Origin: Candidatus Heimdallarchaeota archaeon
GTDB taxonomy: Archaea > Asgardarchaeota > Heimdallarchaeia > JABLTI01
Reading direction: 5' to 3'
Assembly (NCBI GenBank): GCA_019058275.1
Contig: JAHLVW010000066.1
Location: 96,001 to 160,000 of the forward strand
DNA length: 64,000 nucleotides
Shown: in pieces, positions 19,198-28,660 of the stretch
Numbering within the stretch: the stretch's first letter is position 1
How the letters are laid out: each line of letters starts with the position of its first letter
Position numbers and translations under genes: made by a program
The notes under the pieces: generated by a model
The model's input: the letters and a program-made list of their open reading frames with translations, nothing else
Told to the model about the DNA's origin: nothing
The model's database searches: none

Positions 19198-19746
19198 ATG
19201 TCATATTCTTTTGATGTCACATATGAATATGATTCTGCAGAATTATATCGTTTACGTGAACTAACAGATGATTTTGTTTTTTGTCCAAAATGTGGAACGA
19301 AGAATTCTTTTGAGATTAGACAAACAGAAATTAAACTTAAACACTTTTGTAAAAGATGTAGTGCAAGACTAAATGATTTTTGGGATAAATTTTATGATGG
19401 GAAGCTAACAGATGCTTGTTGTAAAGCATGCCAACAACCAACTTTTGAAGAGCACAAATACTGTATTTCTTGTGGCGAAATACACTACAAAGCAACAGGA
19501 AAAGACCAAAGACAAATCATCAAATCTAAAAATCGGAATGTTATCTCTATTTACGATGTTCTATTTTTCTTGTGTTGTGCTGGAAGTTGTACTGGTAGGC
19601 CGGCTATTGATAATAGATCTAAAACTCAGAGAAAATCAGAAAGAATAATTATAGGAGTGATAATTGCTTGGTTTAGCATACTTTTAATCGTTTTTACCCT
19701 ATTATTACGTTTCAATGTATGTGATAATGTATGCAGGTGTGATTAG
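19198..19746 (+). CDS. Multi zinc-ribbon protein with C-terminal TM
   Basis: CPKCG, CKRC, CKAC, CISCG pairs; hydrophobic C-terminal segment. Confidence 0.7.
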   Translation: MSYSFDVTYEYDSAELYRLRELTDDFVFCPKCGTKNSFEIRQTEIKLKHFCKRCSARLNDFWDKFYDGKLTDACCKACQQPTFEEHKYCISCGEIHYKATGKDQRQIIKSKNRNVISIYDVLFFLCCAGSCTGRPAIDNRSKTQRKSERIIIGVIIAWFSILLIVFTLLLRFNVCDNVCRCD

Positions 19747-19842
19747 AGTGGAATTAGACTTAATTTTTAAATATCTAACCATTTTCTATTTTTGTAGTAA
19801 TCTTTTTAATATGAATCTTTACAAAAAAACCTAGACGAATTA

Positions 19843-19919
19843 GCCGTTGTAGCACAGCCTGGTAGTGCGACTCCTTGGTAAGGAGTAGGTCCCGAGTTCA
19901 AGTCCCGGCAACGGCTCCA
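19843..19919 (+). tRNA. tRNA-Thr(GGT)
   Basis: GCCGTTG/CAACGGC acceptor, ACTCC-TTGGTAA-GGAGT anticodon arm, GTTCAAGT T-loop, encoded CCA. Confidence 0.95.
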
Positions 19920-19928
19920 TTATTCTTT

Positions 19929-20342
19929 TCAATCACCTTTGCTATCCAATGATAAGGGCTCAAAAAGCATTATAAACGATTTTTCTTTGCTTATTGTTTT
20001 ATATTCAATTCCTTTGTTGATAACTATCATATCCCCTTCATTCAATTGCTGATCTGGATGTCCTTTTTGCTGTATGGTGATATTACCAGATACAACATAG
20101 AATAATTCATCTTCCTTTTCATGTTTATGCCAATGATATTCCCCTTCAAAAAGTGCTAATCGAACAATTTGATCATTTATTCTTAGAATTTCAACTGGTG
20201 ACCATGGCTTTTTTATTTCTTTGCTTTTCTCAACTATATTTATTGGTTGATTCATAAACATTTGATGATTGATTTCGAGTAAAAATTTTTCCCAGAAGAA
20301 TTTGCACAGTATTTCAAATCGAAGTAAACAAATTTCTTCCAT
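19929..20342 (-). CDS. Cupin-domain protein
   Basis: GEYHWHKHEKEDELFYVVSG...LNEGDMIVINKG; true start probably downstream (MNQPINI). Confidence 0.85.
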   Translation of the reverse strand: MEEICLLRFEILCKFFWEKFLLEINHQMFMNQPINIVEKSKEIKKPWSPVEILRINDQIVRLALFEGEYHWHKHEKEDELFYVVSGNITIQQKGHPDQQLNEGDMIVINKGIEYKTISKEKSFIMLFEPLSLDSKGD

Positions 20343-20401
20343 GGGGGTTTTTATCTCTCATTGTAAAATTCATATTACTAACATTTCTGTCGGGATAAAG
20401 A

Positions 20402-21358
20402 ATGGTTCATAACGTGAATGGTGTTACTAAACTTCTAAATACTAAAGAAGTTTATTTGGAGCATACACCCAAAAACAAGTATAGTGAAATGGTTAAATTA
20501 ATGGAAGATAAAACCATATATGAGCTTTTACAAATTGCTACTAAAGATAAGAATCATTATCACCGTATTTTCGCTGTACATTTACTAGGAAAAAAGAGCG
20601 AGAAAAGAGATGAAATAGTTAACGTTTTACGAGAAGTTGTAACTTATGAGCACTATTCCGTTAGAAACGAAGCAATTTGGGCTTTGGCTAGATTAGGTGA
20701 TTTGAATATACAAGTATCACTTATTGAGATATATGCTACAAATAAGACGAATTTAGAAAAGACACTTACGGTAAAATTATTGGGTAAAATCGGAGACGAA
20801 AACTCAATTCCATTTCTTCTTAATGTCTGTGTAAATTCTGATAGCATTACTAGTTTAAGTGCCGGATCATCAATTCACGAAATATTAGATCGAATTGGTG
20901 TTAAACCACTTTTAAGAGAATTGCATAATGAAGATCTAAAAATAAGACAAGAAGTTGTATGGATTCTAAGTGCTCGCTGTAAATTTCTATATCGCTCAAA
21001 TGAGAAGAAAATCATCATTGAAGCTCTTAAAAATAAACTAGCTCAAGATCCTTCCATTCTTGTTCGTTTAGCAACAGCTTACAATCTGTCTGCACTAAAC
21101 ATTTCTGAAGGATCAAAAGAATTACTTATCTTGTGTATCTCAGGAAAGATTAAACGAGAAAGGCAAGCTTTCTTCCTAAACGAAGTTATTAGAGCATTTG
21201 TCTACAGACAGAAAGAATCATCATTAAAGCTTGTGAACAAGTTACACTTAGCAATTGAAAATTCTGAGGATTTTAGAAAAGATACTAAAACAACTAGAAT
21301 CATTTCAAAAATCGAGAAATCTATAAAGAATTTTGATAAAATTTTTGATATTATGTAA
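20402..21358 (+). CDS. HEAT-repeat protein
   Basis: Repeated VRNEAIWALARLG / LLGKIGDENSIPFL / VRLATAYNL units. Confidence 0.8.
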   Translation: MVHNVNGVTKLLNTKEVYLEHTPKNKYSEMVKLMEDKTIYELLQIATKDKNHYHRIFAVHLLGKKSEKRDEIVNVLREVVTYEHYSVRNEAIWALARLGDLNIQVSLIEIYATNKTNLEKTLTVKLLGKIGDENSIPFLLNVCVNSDSITSLSAGSSIHEILDRIGVKPLLRELHNEDLKIRQEVVWILSARCKFLYRSNEKKIIIEALKNKLAQDPSILVRLATAYNLSALNISEGSKELLILCISGKIKRERQAFFLNEVIRAFVYRQKESSLKLVNKLHLAIENSEDFRKDTKTTRIISKIEKSIKNFDKIFDIM

Positions 21359-21400
21359 GTAATTTTTATTTGATAAAAAAAGATATTTTAGTATAGTAAT

Positions 21401-21490
21401 AATTAACACAATCATGTTAATTAACAATTTTAATTACTAGCTAATTTGACCTTGAATTAACACATCTATGTTATATTTACCTATTTATAA
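21401..21490 (+). promoter_or_regulatory. Promoter of putative ncRNA: two TAACA-N6-TGTTA palindromes plus TTTATAA box
   Basis: AATTAACA-CAATCA-TGTTAATT (21401-21422), AATTAACA-CATCTA-TGTTAT (21455-21474), TTTATAA at 21484-21490, about 25 nt before the RNA 5' end. Confidence 0.6.
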
Positions 21491-21511
21491 GAAGATGCTG
21501 ATATATTTATT

Positions 21512-21671
21512 GGCGATTAGGAAGCTAATGTATCGACAAGAAATCAACAAGGGTCTTGTATGTTGGTTTTTCTGGTGGTGCATTAGAAATAGACGAAAAG
21601 AAAATAGTCAAGATTCCTTTACCCAAAGGAGCTTGATGACATTCGGAAACGTCGACTAATCGCCCCTTTTT
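21512..21671 (+). ncRNA. Unassigned structured ncRNA (multi-branch junction)
   Basis: Closing stem GGCGATTAG/CTAATCGCC; internal hairpins GAAATCAACA/TGTTGGTTTT, TTCTGGTG/CATTAGAA, GTCAAG..TTCCTTT/AAAGGAG.CTTGAT; G-U pairs favour + strand; T-tract follows. Confidence 0.7.
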
Positions 21672-21690
21672 GGTTATGGGATAATTTCAC

Positions 21691-22566
21691 TCAAATTGTA
21701 TCTGATCCAAATTCCTTGATTTTTTCTATGACTCTGATAGCTTCTAATGTTTCTCTTACATCATGAGTTCTAATCAAGCTTGCACCATGTAGAACAGCAA
21801 TACTAGTTGCTCCGAGAGAACCGTAAAGCCTATCTTTTGGGTCCTTGATGTCTAATATCTTCCCAATAAATGATTTTCTTGATAATCCAATGCAAATTGG
21901 TTGATTGAATTTCTTACCTATATCCTGCAGATGTTTCAAAATATGAGCATCAATCTTATACCACTTAAAATCTTCAATTCTATGAAAGCCAATATCTGGA
22001 TCAACAATTATCTTATCGAGCCCAATACCTGCGTCTTGAGCGATTTTTAGAGAATGATCTAGTGCTGAAATAACTCTCTCTGTTGGATTTCCTTTGAATC
22101 TGTTTAGCTTAGTGGCTCCAATGATAATTGGTACATCAAAATCTGCTGCTACTTTCGCTAAGCTAGGATCATCATTTAGTCCACTAATATCGTTAATCAT
22201 TTTAGCACCATTTTTTAAAGCTGCTTTAGCAACTATAGCTCTGGTAGTATCAATTGAGATTGGTTTTTTTATTTCATCAAGAATGATTTTTAATCCCTTT
22301 ACCACTCTATCACTTTCCTCTTTAGGAGAAATCTCAGTCTCGAGATAAGGAGCTGTACTTTTTGCACCAATATCAATTATATCTGCGCCCTCTTTTATTT
22401 GTCTGATAGCAGTTTGCAAAATACTTCCAGGACAAGTTTTAATTGAATCCTTGTAGAACGATTCTGGACTAAGGTTGATTACTCCTTGGATCTTTACAGA
22501 TTCATTTATTCCTATCTTCAATTCATCTAATTTAACAATACTCAATTGAAAAGCTCCTATCTTCAT
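21691..22566 (-). CDS. folP: Dihydropteroate synthase
   Basis: GVINLSPESFY, GADIIDIGAKSTAP, ISIDTT, MINDISG, IIVDPDIGF, GLSRKSFIG, IRTHDV. Confidence 0.9.
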   Translation of the reverse strand: MKIGAFQLSIVKLDELKIGINESVKIQGVINLSPESFYKDSIKTCPGSILQTAIRQIKEGADIIDIGAKSTAPYLETEISPKEESDRVVKGLKIILDEIKKPISIDTTRAIVAKAALKNGAKMINDISGLNDDPSLAKVAADFDVPIIIGATKLNRFKGNPTERVISALDHSLKIAQDAGIGLDKIIVDPDIGFHRIEDFKWYKIDAHILKHLQDIGKKFNQPICIGLSRKSFIGKILDIKDPKDRLYGSLGATSIAVLHGASLIRTHDVRETLEAIRVIEKIKEFGSDTI

Positions 22567-22661
22567 ACACTAATTAATCCATTAAAAATTAAACGGATAA
22601 TTTTCCAAAGACTTTTTTAATTCTTTTGAGATGTTAGTTCGCATTTCACAAGGTTAGAGCA

Positions 22662-24713
22662 ATGAAAATCATGAAGAACAAAAGATTTAATCGTCTTAAA
22701 GAGAAATTTAGATATTTTGATGATTCATTAGATTTAGAAGAACGTGTTAATATACTTCTCGGTGAGTTAAGGTTAAAGGAAAAGTTTCGCTTAGTATCTG
22801 GGTTAAACTTCTCTTGGTGGACAACAAAACCAATAAGACGATTAAAAATTAAACGACTTGGAATGACTGATGGACCAATTGGTGCAGCAACCCATTCATC
22901 ACATTTCAAGAAAAATACCGAATTCCCTTGTAGTAAAAATTTAAGTTCAACTTGGAATCGCACTCTAGCATATGACTATGGTCTTGCTATTGCAAAAGAA
23001 GTTCGAGATTTAGGTCGTCATGTTTTACTTGGACCAGGAATAAATATTGATCGAACACCATTAAACGGTAGAACTTATGAATATCTTAGTGAAGATCCAC
23101 ATTTAACACAAGAAATGGCTATTCCTTATGTTCAAGGTGTTCAAAGCCAACGAATTGGTGCTTGTATTAAGCACTATGTAGCTAATAACCAAGAAACTAA
23201 TCGCTTTTATGTCAATGTTAATGTTGATGAAAGAACACTAAATGAAATTTATTTGAAAGCTTACAAAGGTGTAATTGAAAAAGCGGATCCTTGGGTATTC
23301 ATGAGTTGTTATAATAAAATAAATGGAACACATGGTTGTGAAAATAAAGAATTGCTCCGAGATACATTAATGGATAAATGGGGATTCAATGGTTTTGTAG
23401 TAACTGATTGGTTCGCAACAAGAAGAATATCTGAACCTGTGAAGAGTTTGCTTGCTGGATTATCTTTAGAAATGCCATTAACACTTATTTACAAATTGAG
23501 ATTCCTAAAAAAAGCATTCAAAGAAGGAAAGTTCTCAGAGGATGATCTTAATTTTGTCATTAGACGTTTACTTCGAGTTATGTTCTTAGTTGGTTTATTT
23601 GATAGTTCAGATAAAGTTCCAAAGGGAGAAAGAAATACCCCTGAACATCAAATGCTTGCAAAAAAAATAGCAGAAGAAAGTATCGTACTACTGAAAAACG
23701 ATAACAATCTTTTACCACTAGACATCAATGAAGTTAGAAAAATTGCAGTTCTTGGTCCAAACGCTAAGAAAAAAATGGGTCGGCTTCTTTACGGTGGAGC
23801 AGCAGCAGTCCATCCACCATACGAAATCACACCTTTACAAGGTTTAGAAGAGATAAGTGAAGGGAGAATAGAGCTAATAAATGACGTAGCATCTGCTGAT
23901 GTATGCATTCTATTTTTAGGACTCAATCATAGCAAAGGAAATGATTGTGAGAATTTTGATAGAAAGAACTTAGAATTACCTATAAAACAAATTCAATTAA
24001 TTAAGGAAACTGTAAAGAAAAATCAAAATGTAATTGTTGTTTTGAAAAACGGTAGTCCAATAGCAATGGATAATTGGATAGATTTGGTACCTGCTTTAGT
24101 AGAAGCTTGGTACCCTGGATTGGAAGGAGGAAGAGCTTTAGCAAATGTCCTATTTGGTGATGTTAATCCCTCAGGAAAATTACCAATAACATTTCCAAAA
24201 AGATTAGTGGATTCACCAGCACATAAATCTCAAAGAACCTATCCTGGAGATGAGAATGTGTATTATGAGGAAGGTCTGTTTGTAGGATATAGACATTTTG
24301 ACATTGAAAACATTGAACCTCTATTCCCATTTGGGTTTGGACTCTCTTATACCACCTTTGAATATAGTAATTGTAAATTAGATAGGAAAACGATTACACC
24401 AGAAGAAGAACTGACTATTTCATTAGAAATAAAAAATACTGGAGAAAGAAAAGGTTCAGAAATAGTTCAAATGTACATATCTGATAATGAATGTTCAGTT
24501 AAAAGACCTAAGAAGGAATTGAAGAATTTTGCAAAAGTCAATTTGCAACCTGGCGAAAAGAAAGCAGTAAGCTTTAAGCTAACTATTGATGATTTAACTT
24601 TTTATGACATGGACGCTCATAATTGGAAATATGAACCAGGAACATTTACAGTGTTAATTGGTAGTTCATCAAGAAACATACATTTGGAGCAAAAGATTGA
24701 ACTAAGAGAGTGA
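22662..24713 (+). CDS. Glycoside hydrolase family 3 beta-glucosidase
   Basis: MTDGP, LLGPGINIDRTPLNGR.YEY.SEDP, KHYVANNQE, VVTDW, PFGFGLSYT, Fn3-like C-terminus. Confidence 0.95.
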   Translation: MKIMKNKRFNRLKEKFRYFDDSLDLEERVNILLGELRLKEKFRLVSGLNFSWWTTKPIRRLKIKRLGMTDGPIGAATHSSHFKKNTEFPCSKNLSSTWNRTLAYDYGLAIAKEVRDLGRHVLLGPGINIDRTPLNGRTYEYLSEDPHLTQEMAIPYVQGVQSQRIGACIKHYVANNQETNRFYVNVNVDERTLNEIYLKAYKGVIEKADPWVFMSCYNKINGTHGCENKELLRDTLMDKWGFNGFVVTDWFATRRISEPVKSLLAGLSLEMPLTLIYKLRFLKKAFKEGKFSEDDLNFVIRRLLRVMFLVGLFDSSDKVPKGERNTPEHQMLAKKIAEESIVLLKNDNNLLPLDINEVRKIAVLGPNAKKKMGRLLYGGAAAVHPPYEITPLQGLEEISEGRIELINDVASADVCILFLGLNHSKGNDCENFDRKNLELPIKQIQLIKETVKKNQNVIVVLKNGSPIAMDNWIDLVPALVEAWYPGLEGGRALANVLFGDVNPSGKLPITFPKRLVDSPAHKSQRTYPGDENVYYEEGLFVGYRHFDIENIEPLFPFGFGLSYTTFEYSNCKLDRKTITPEEELTISLEIKNTGERKGSEIVQMYISDNECSVKRPKKELKNFAKVNLQPGEKKAVSFKLTIDDLTFYDMDAHNWKYEPGTFTVLIGSSSRNIHLEQKIELRE

Positions 24714-24749
24714 TATTCAATACATAAAACTATTTTGCGCTGATTCCTC

Positions 24750-26119
24750 TTGGAAAATGCTGAAGAAACCAATAATAAAATGAAACGTATTTCAGCTAAA
24801 CAAAAGTCATATATGGGAATGACAAAAGCTGGTGGAGATATACTGGGTGTTTTGTTCAATGGTGCTCTTCTTACTTTTTATATTGATGAACTCAATATGG
24901 ATCCAAAACTGTTTGGAATAGTCATGATAATATTCGCAGTATGGAATGCTATCAACGATCCAATGTTTGGCTATATTTCTGACAAAAGAAAAATGGATTC
25001 AAAAGGAAAAAGAACATTCTTCATAAGACTGTCTATACCAATATACTTGATTGGTTATCTATTGTTTTGGGTAGCATTTCCGAATTGGTCTCAAGCTTCA
25101 CTGTTTATTTTCTTACTAATTGCTTTATTCATTTTTGATACTGGGCTAACAATTTACGGTCTTAATTTAAGTGCTATACAAACAAGCCAAACCACAGATT
25201 CAAATGAAAGAACAAGAATCATGGTTGTTGCTTCTGTAATTAGTTTTCTGCCTTTAGGTTTAGCAGCTATTTTACCGAATATAGTTTTCACATCTAACCT
25301 TTCTTTAATCCATATTCGATTAATTTTCTTGGTAATGGCTATTATTGCAGCCATTTTTATGTTTGTAGGATCTTTTAAAATGAAAGAACACTCGCTAGAA
25401 GAAGAAGGTGTTGAACCACTACCTGTTTGGTCAGCAGTTAAAGAAACTTTCAAATCAAAATCCTTCATATTGTTTGTTATAGTTAATTTCATGCTTGTTG
25501 GTGTAGCTACAAATATCGTTGGTGTAATGCCTCTTTATTTCAAGTACGTATCTCAAATTGATGGATTAACAGTTTTATTTGTTAGTATTCCAAAGGTGTA
25601 TTACAAATACCTTTCTATTTTCTGTATGGTTATCTACAAAGGAAAATAGGTATAAAATATTCAGCATGTATTATAGTCAGTGTAATGTTAGTTGGGTTAG
25701 TTGGTTTATTCTTCCCAATACATATTGTATTTACAACAATATCCTATGGATTAGTTTTAATGATGATTACTTTCTGGTATGTAATAGTCAATCCAATGAT
25801 TGGAGATGTTGCAGATGAGGATGAAATAAGAACTGGCTGTCGAAGGGAGGGAATGTTCTTTGGAATTAATGCATTGATAACAAAACCAGCAATTTCGCTA
25901 ATTATCTTCCTTTTTACAATAATCATAGATCGATTTGGTTATGATTCTGAACTAGATTTACAAACAGCACAAACACAACTAGGCATTCGTATTGGAATAA
26001 GTATGTTGTCTTTAGCTTTTCTTGTACTTGCTATAGTACCATTAATACTGTATCCATTGTATGGAAAGAAAATTCAAGAAATAAAAATGGTGTTAAAAAC
26101 AAAACATGAGAAATTATAG
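24750..26119 (+). pseudogene. GPH/MFS sugar transporter, frameshifted near 25595
   Basis: AVWNAINDPMFGYISD in the first ORF; DEDEIRTGCRREGMFFG in the second ORF, in another frame. Confidence 0.8.
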
Positions 26120-26190
26120 TAAGACAAATGCAAAAACTAGCTATGATAAATCTTATAAAATGGTGTCTTTCATATCAAATAAATGGCTTT

Positions 26191-26279
26191 GCCGAGGTAG
26201 CCAAGCCCGGACCACGGCGCTGGTCTTGAAAACCAGTTCTCGTAAGGGAGCGCGAGTTCGAATCTCGTCCTCGGCACCA
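26191..26279 (+). tRNA. tRNA-Ser(TGA)
   Basis: GCCGAGG/CCTCGGC acceptor, CTGGT-CTTGAAA-ACCAG anticodon arm, long variable arm, GTTCGAATC, encoded CCA; discriminator is A. Confidence 0.95.
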
Positions 26280-26298
26280 ATTTTTTTCTTTATATTAT

Positions 26299-27072
26299 TC
26301 AAATTCTATATTCTGCTTTTCTAATATTTTTGACAATATTGTTGCTTGAATCTTCGATTATCTCTTTAGCGTAAGCTGTTTTAGTAATATATTGTACATT
26401 ATTTTTAATACCTAATTCCTTATTCCATTGTTGCTTCTTTTCATCTGATAATTTTTCAAAAAATTTATCCCATTTTGATAACCACTCTTTATAATTCTCT
26501 TTTAATTCTTCATCTGTAGGAATTTTGTAAGTATTTTTGTGAACAAGAGTATCGACAGGTAAACAAGTCCGTAATCCAGGAATATTTGCAGGATAACCAA
26601 TTGATAACATCCCAGCAGCAAAGACATAATCTGGTAATTCAAATAATTCTTGATTTTCTGTTCCTAAAATCATTCCAATATAACAAGTTCCCAACCTCAT
26701 GCTCTCAGCAGCTATTGCAATATTATGTAGAGCAATGAGTGCATCCCACATACCAATGAAAATACTATCAATTGAATCGAAATGAAATGGTGCATCAAAA
26801 GCATCACATAATCTTTTAAAACGATAATAATCAACTAGTGAAACGATGCAAATTGGTGCTTCTGCAATAAAAGACGCAACAACTTCTTTCCCAATTTTCT
26901 TTAATTTCTCCTTATCATCTAAAACCTATAGTGAAAAATTTTGTAAATTTCCTGAAGAAGGAGCCCTAATACCAACCTTCAGAAGCAGATCTAGAACCTT
27001 AGGTTCTATGGATTTGTCTTAGTATTTTCTAATAGACCTATGATTTAAAAGACATTCAATAGTTGTATCCAT
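26299..27072 (-). pseudogene. NfsA-like nitroreductase with two in-frame stops (TAA 27019-27021, TAG 26926-26928)
   Basis: MDTTIECLLNHRSIRKY*DK...RAPSSGNLQNFSL*V... in frame with the ORF containing AAESMRLGTCYIG and SIGYP. Confidence 0.85.
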
Positions 27073-27234
27073 AATTAACAAACAACCTTTACAGATTTTG
27101 CTTTATAACAACTTTATTTGTCATTAAAAGAAATTGGTTAGTCTTATTTGGAGTAAGAAGAAAAATATTGCCCTTTAAGGGATCTTTTTATTTCTTCTTT
27201 TAGACAATTTTATGTCAGTAATCATATCAAATCA

Positions 27235-27777
27235 ATGTCTATATTCACTGAAAAGGGATTTCTCTCAATGAAAGTAAATGAGAATCAAACCTTCTTTATA
27301 GCTGGGAAGAATACAAAGTACTTTAATGAGATTGAAAATGAATATCAACAACAAGAATCAATTGTTCGAAATTTCATCAAGGATCAACAACGACCAGCAA
27401 ATGATCTTTGGGTAGCTGCCTCAGTACAAGCTATAGGAAAAATAGCTAAATCTGTTGAAAATAATGATTATTCTAAAACAAGAAAGTTAATTGTAAAATT
27501 CATTTCACAGTTGCTAGTGTGGGTAGATATTTTTAATCATGATGATTTTAACGAAGTAACTACAAAAACAAAACAAATCTATCATCTTTCTTTCAATACA
27601 ATCCTAGTTAAATTAATTGGCGAGTTATCACAGGAAGTTTTAAGAAATGACAATGAAACTATACAGCAAAAATTAGCTATTTTTCGTTCATTTTGTGAAC
27701 AGTGGATTGATAGGATAGCCAACCCGGATATGAAACAAATAGATATAAAGGATCTTTCTCACGAGATAGAAGAATAG
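27235..27777 (+). CDS. Hypothetical helical protein (possible degenerate tandem MazG-like fold); frame stays open past the TAG to 27849
   Basis: Two similar units (IGKIAKSVENND..W / IGELSQEVLRND..W); protein-like extension after the stop. Confidence 0.55.
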   Translation: MSIFTEKGFLSMKVNENQTFFIAGKNTKYFNEIENEYQQQESIVRNFIKDQQRPANDLWVAASVQAIGKIAKSVENNDYSKTRKLIVKFISQLLVWVDIFNHDDFNEVTTKTKQIYHLSFNTILVKLIGELSQEVLRNDNETIQQKLAIFRSFCEQWIDRIANPDMKQIDIKDLSHEIEE

Positions 27778-27931
27778 TACTGGCATACAGAGGCTGAAAA
27801 ACATGATGGATTAGATGTTCTTTTTTCAGAATTAGAAGAAGAGATCTAGTTTTTTGTCTAAAAGTTAGATTTTTTAGCTTTTTTCAGATTTATGTCTATT
27901 TTTATATTAATTATTGTACATAGTATATCTT

Positions 27932-28062
27932 GAACCTATATCTCGGCCAAATTTAGGGTTCCTAGCTGCGTCCGTGTTGGGAAACCTTCTATCATCAATT
28001 CAACACCCTCCTAAATAGAAGGAATTTAACTCTTCCCTTTTTAGCCAGCACGGACCGACTAG
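27932..28062. ncRNA. Unassigned structured RNA upstream of archease
   Basis: GC island; stems CTAG..GTCCGTGTTGG/CCAGCACGGAC..CTAG, CCTTCTAT/ATAGAAGG, GAACCTA/TAGGGTTC. Confidence 0.6.
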
Positions 28063-28116
28063 TAATTAGTAGTATGTTATTGATATTCTTATACTGAAAA
28101 ACTTTAGAAAGGATAA

Positions 28117-28575
28117 TTGAGTTTAATGCTATTGAAGATAATTAAGGAAGATCCTGTTTTGAGTTATGAATTTCTTGAACACACAGCCGATGTCATCATC
28201 AATGCAAAAGGTAAAGATTTGAAAGAAGCATTCGAACAAGCTGCTTTAGGTTTTTATGATATGATTACGGATTTAGCAATTATTGATACAAAAATAGAAC
28301 TGGAAATTGAATTTGAATCTGAAGACTACGAATCATTATTGTATGATTGGATTGATTGGCTTATCTATTATTTCGACACTAAACATTTTATTTCTAACAA
28401 AATACAAGTAATAACTTTGGAAAAGATAAATGAGAGCAAAATTACCTTTAAAGCAACCTTAAAGGGAGAAAAATTTAATTTGGAAAAACACACTCAAGGA
28501 ACAGAAGTAAAAGCAATGACTTATTCTTTTATGAAAATTGGCGATAATTTCGTTGAATTTACTCTTGATTTATAA
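28117..28575 (+). CDS. Archease (RtcB cofactor)
   Basis: YEFLEHTADV, LKEAFEQAALG, GTEVKAMTYS, C-terminal LDL. Confidence 0.95.
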   Translation: MSLMLLKIIKEDPVLSYEFLEHTADVIINAKGKDLKEAFEQAALGFYDMITDLAIIDTKIELEIEFESEDYESLLYDWIDWLIYYFDTKHFISNKIQVITLEKINESKITFKATLKGEKFNLEKHTQGTEVKAMTYSFMKIGDNFVEFTLDL

Positions 28576-28660
28576 TATTATTAGCTTGAAGATAGACATA
28601 ATAAACTGATAATGTTGTTCATGGTAATAATAAAACTCAAAAAGTACCTCCATATGAGCT

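Noticed and set aside
5942-19842. Integrated element between tRNA-Leu and tRNA-Thr
   Set aside because: No integrase, transposase or duplicated tRNA 3' end was seen, and composition matches the host.
21468-21659. 63-aa ORF overlapping the putative ncRNA
   Set aside because: No protein motif; it starts upstream of the TATA box, and extensive base-pairing explains the sequence better.
21630-21660. Hammerhead ribozyme core (UUGAUGA...GAAAC) in the 21512 RNA
   Set aside because: It lacks C3, and stems I and III cannot be formed around a UH cleavage site.
13218-27849. Stop-codon reassignment or pyrrolysine read-through (in-frame TAG at 14286, 26926, 27775)
   Set aside because: TAG terminates intact genes at the expected ends (e.g. 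rpl11, array copy 3). In-frame stops include TAA and TGA and co-occur with frameshifts, which fits pseudogenisation better.
27962-28062. SRP RNA helix 8 or guanidine-I riboswitch resemblance
   Set aside because: Only partial word matches (GGUCC...GGACGCAGC on minus; TAGGGTTCC on plus). The GNRA loop, CAGG/AGCA symmetric loop and the riboswitch 3' motifs are absent.
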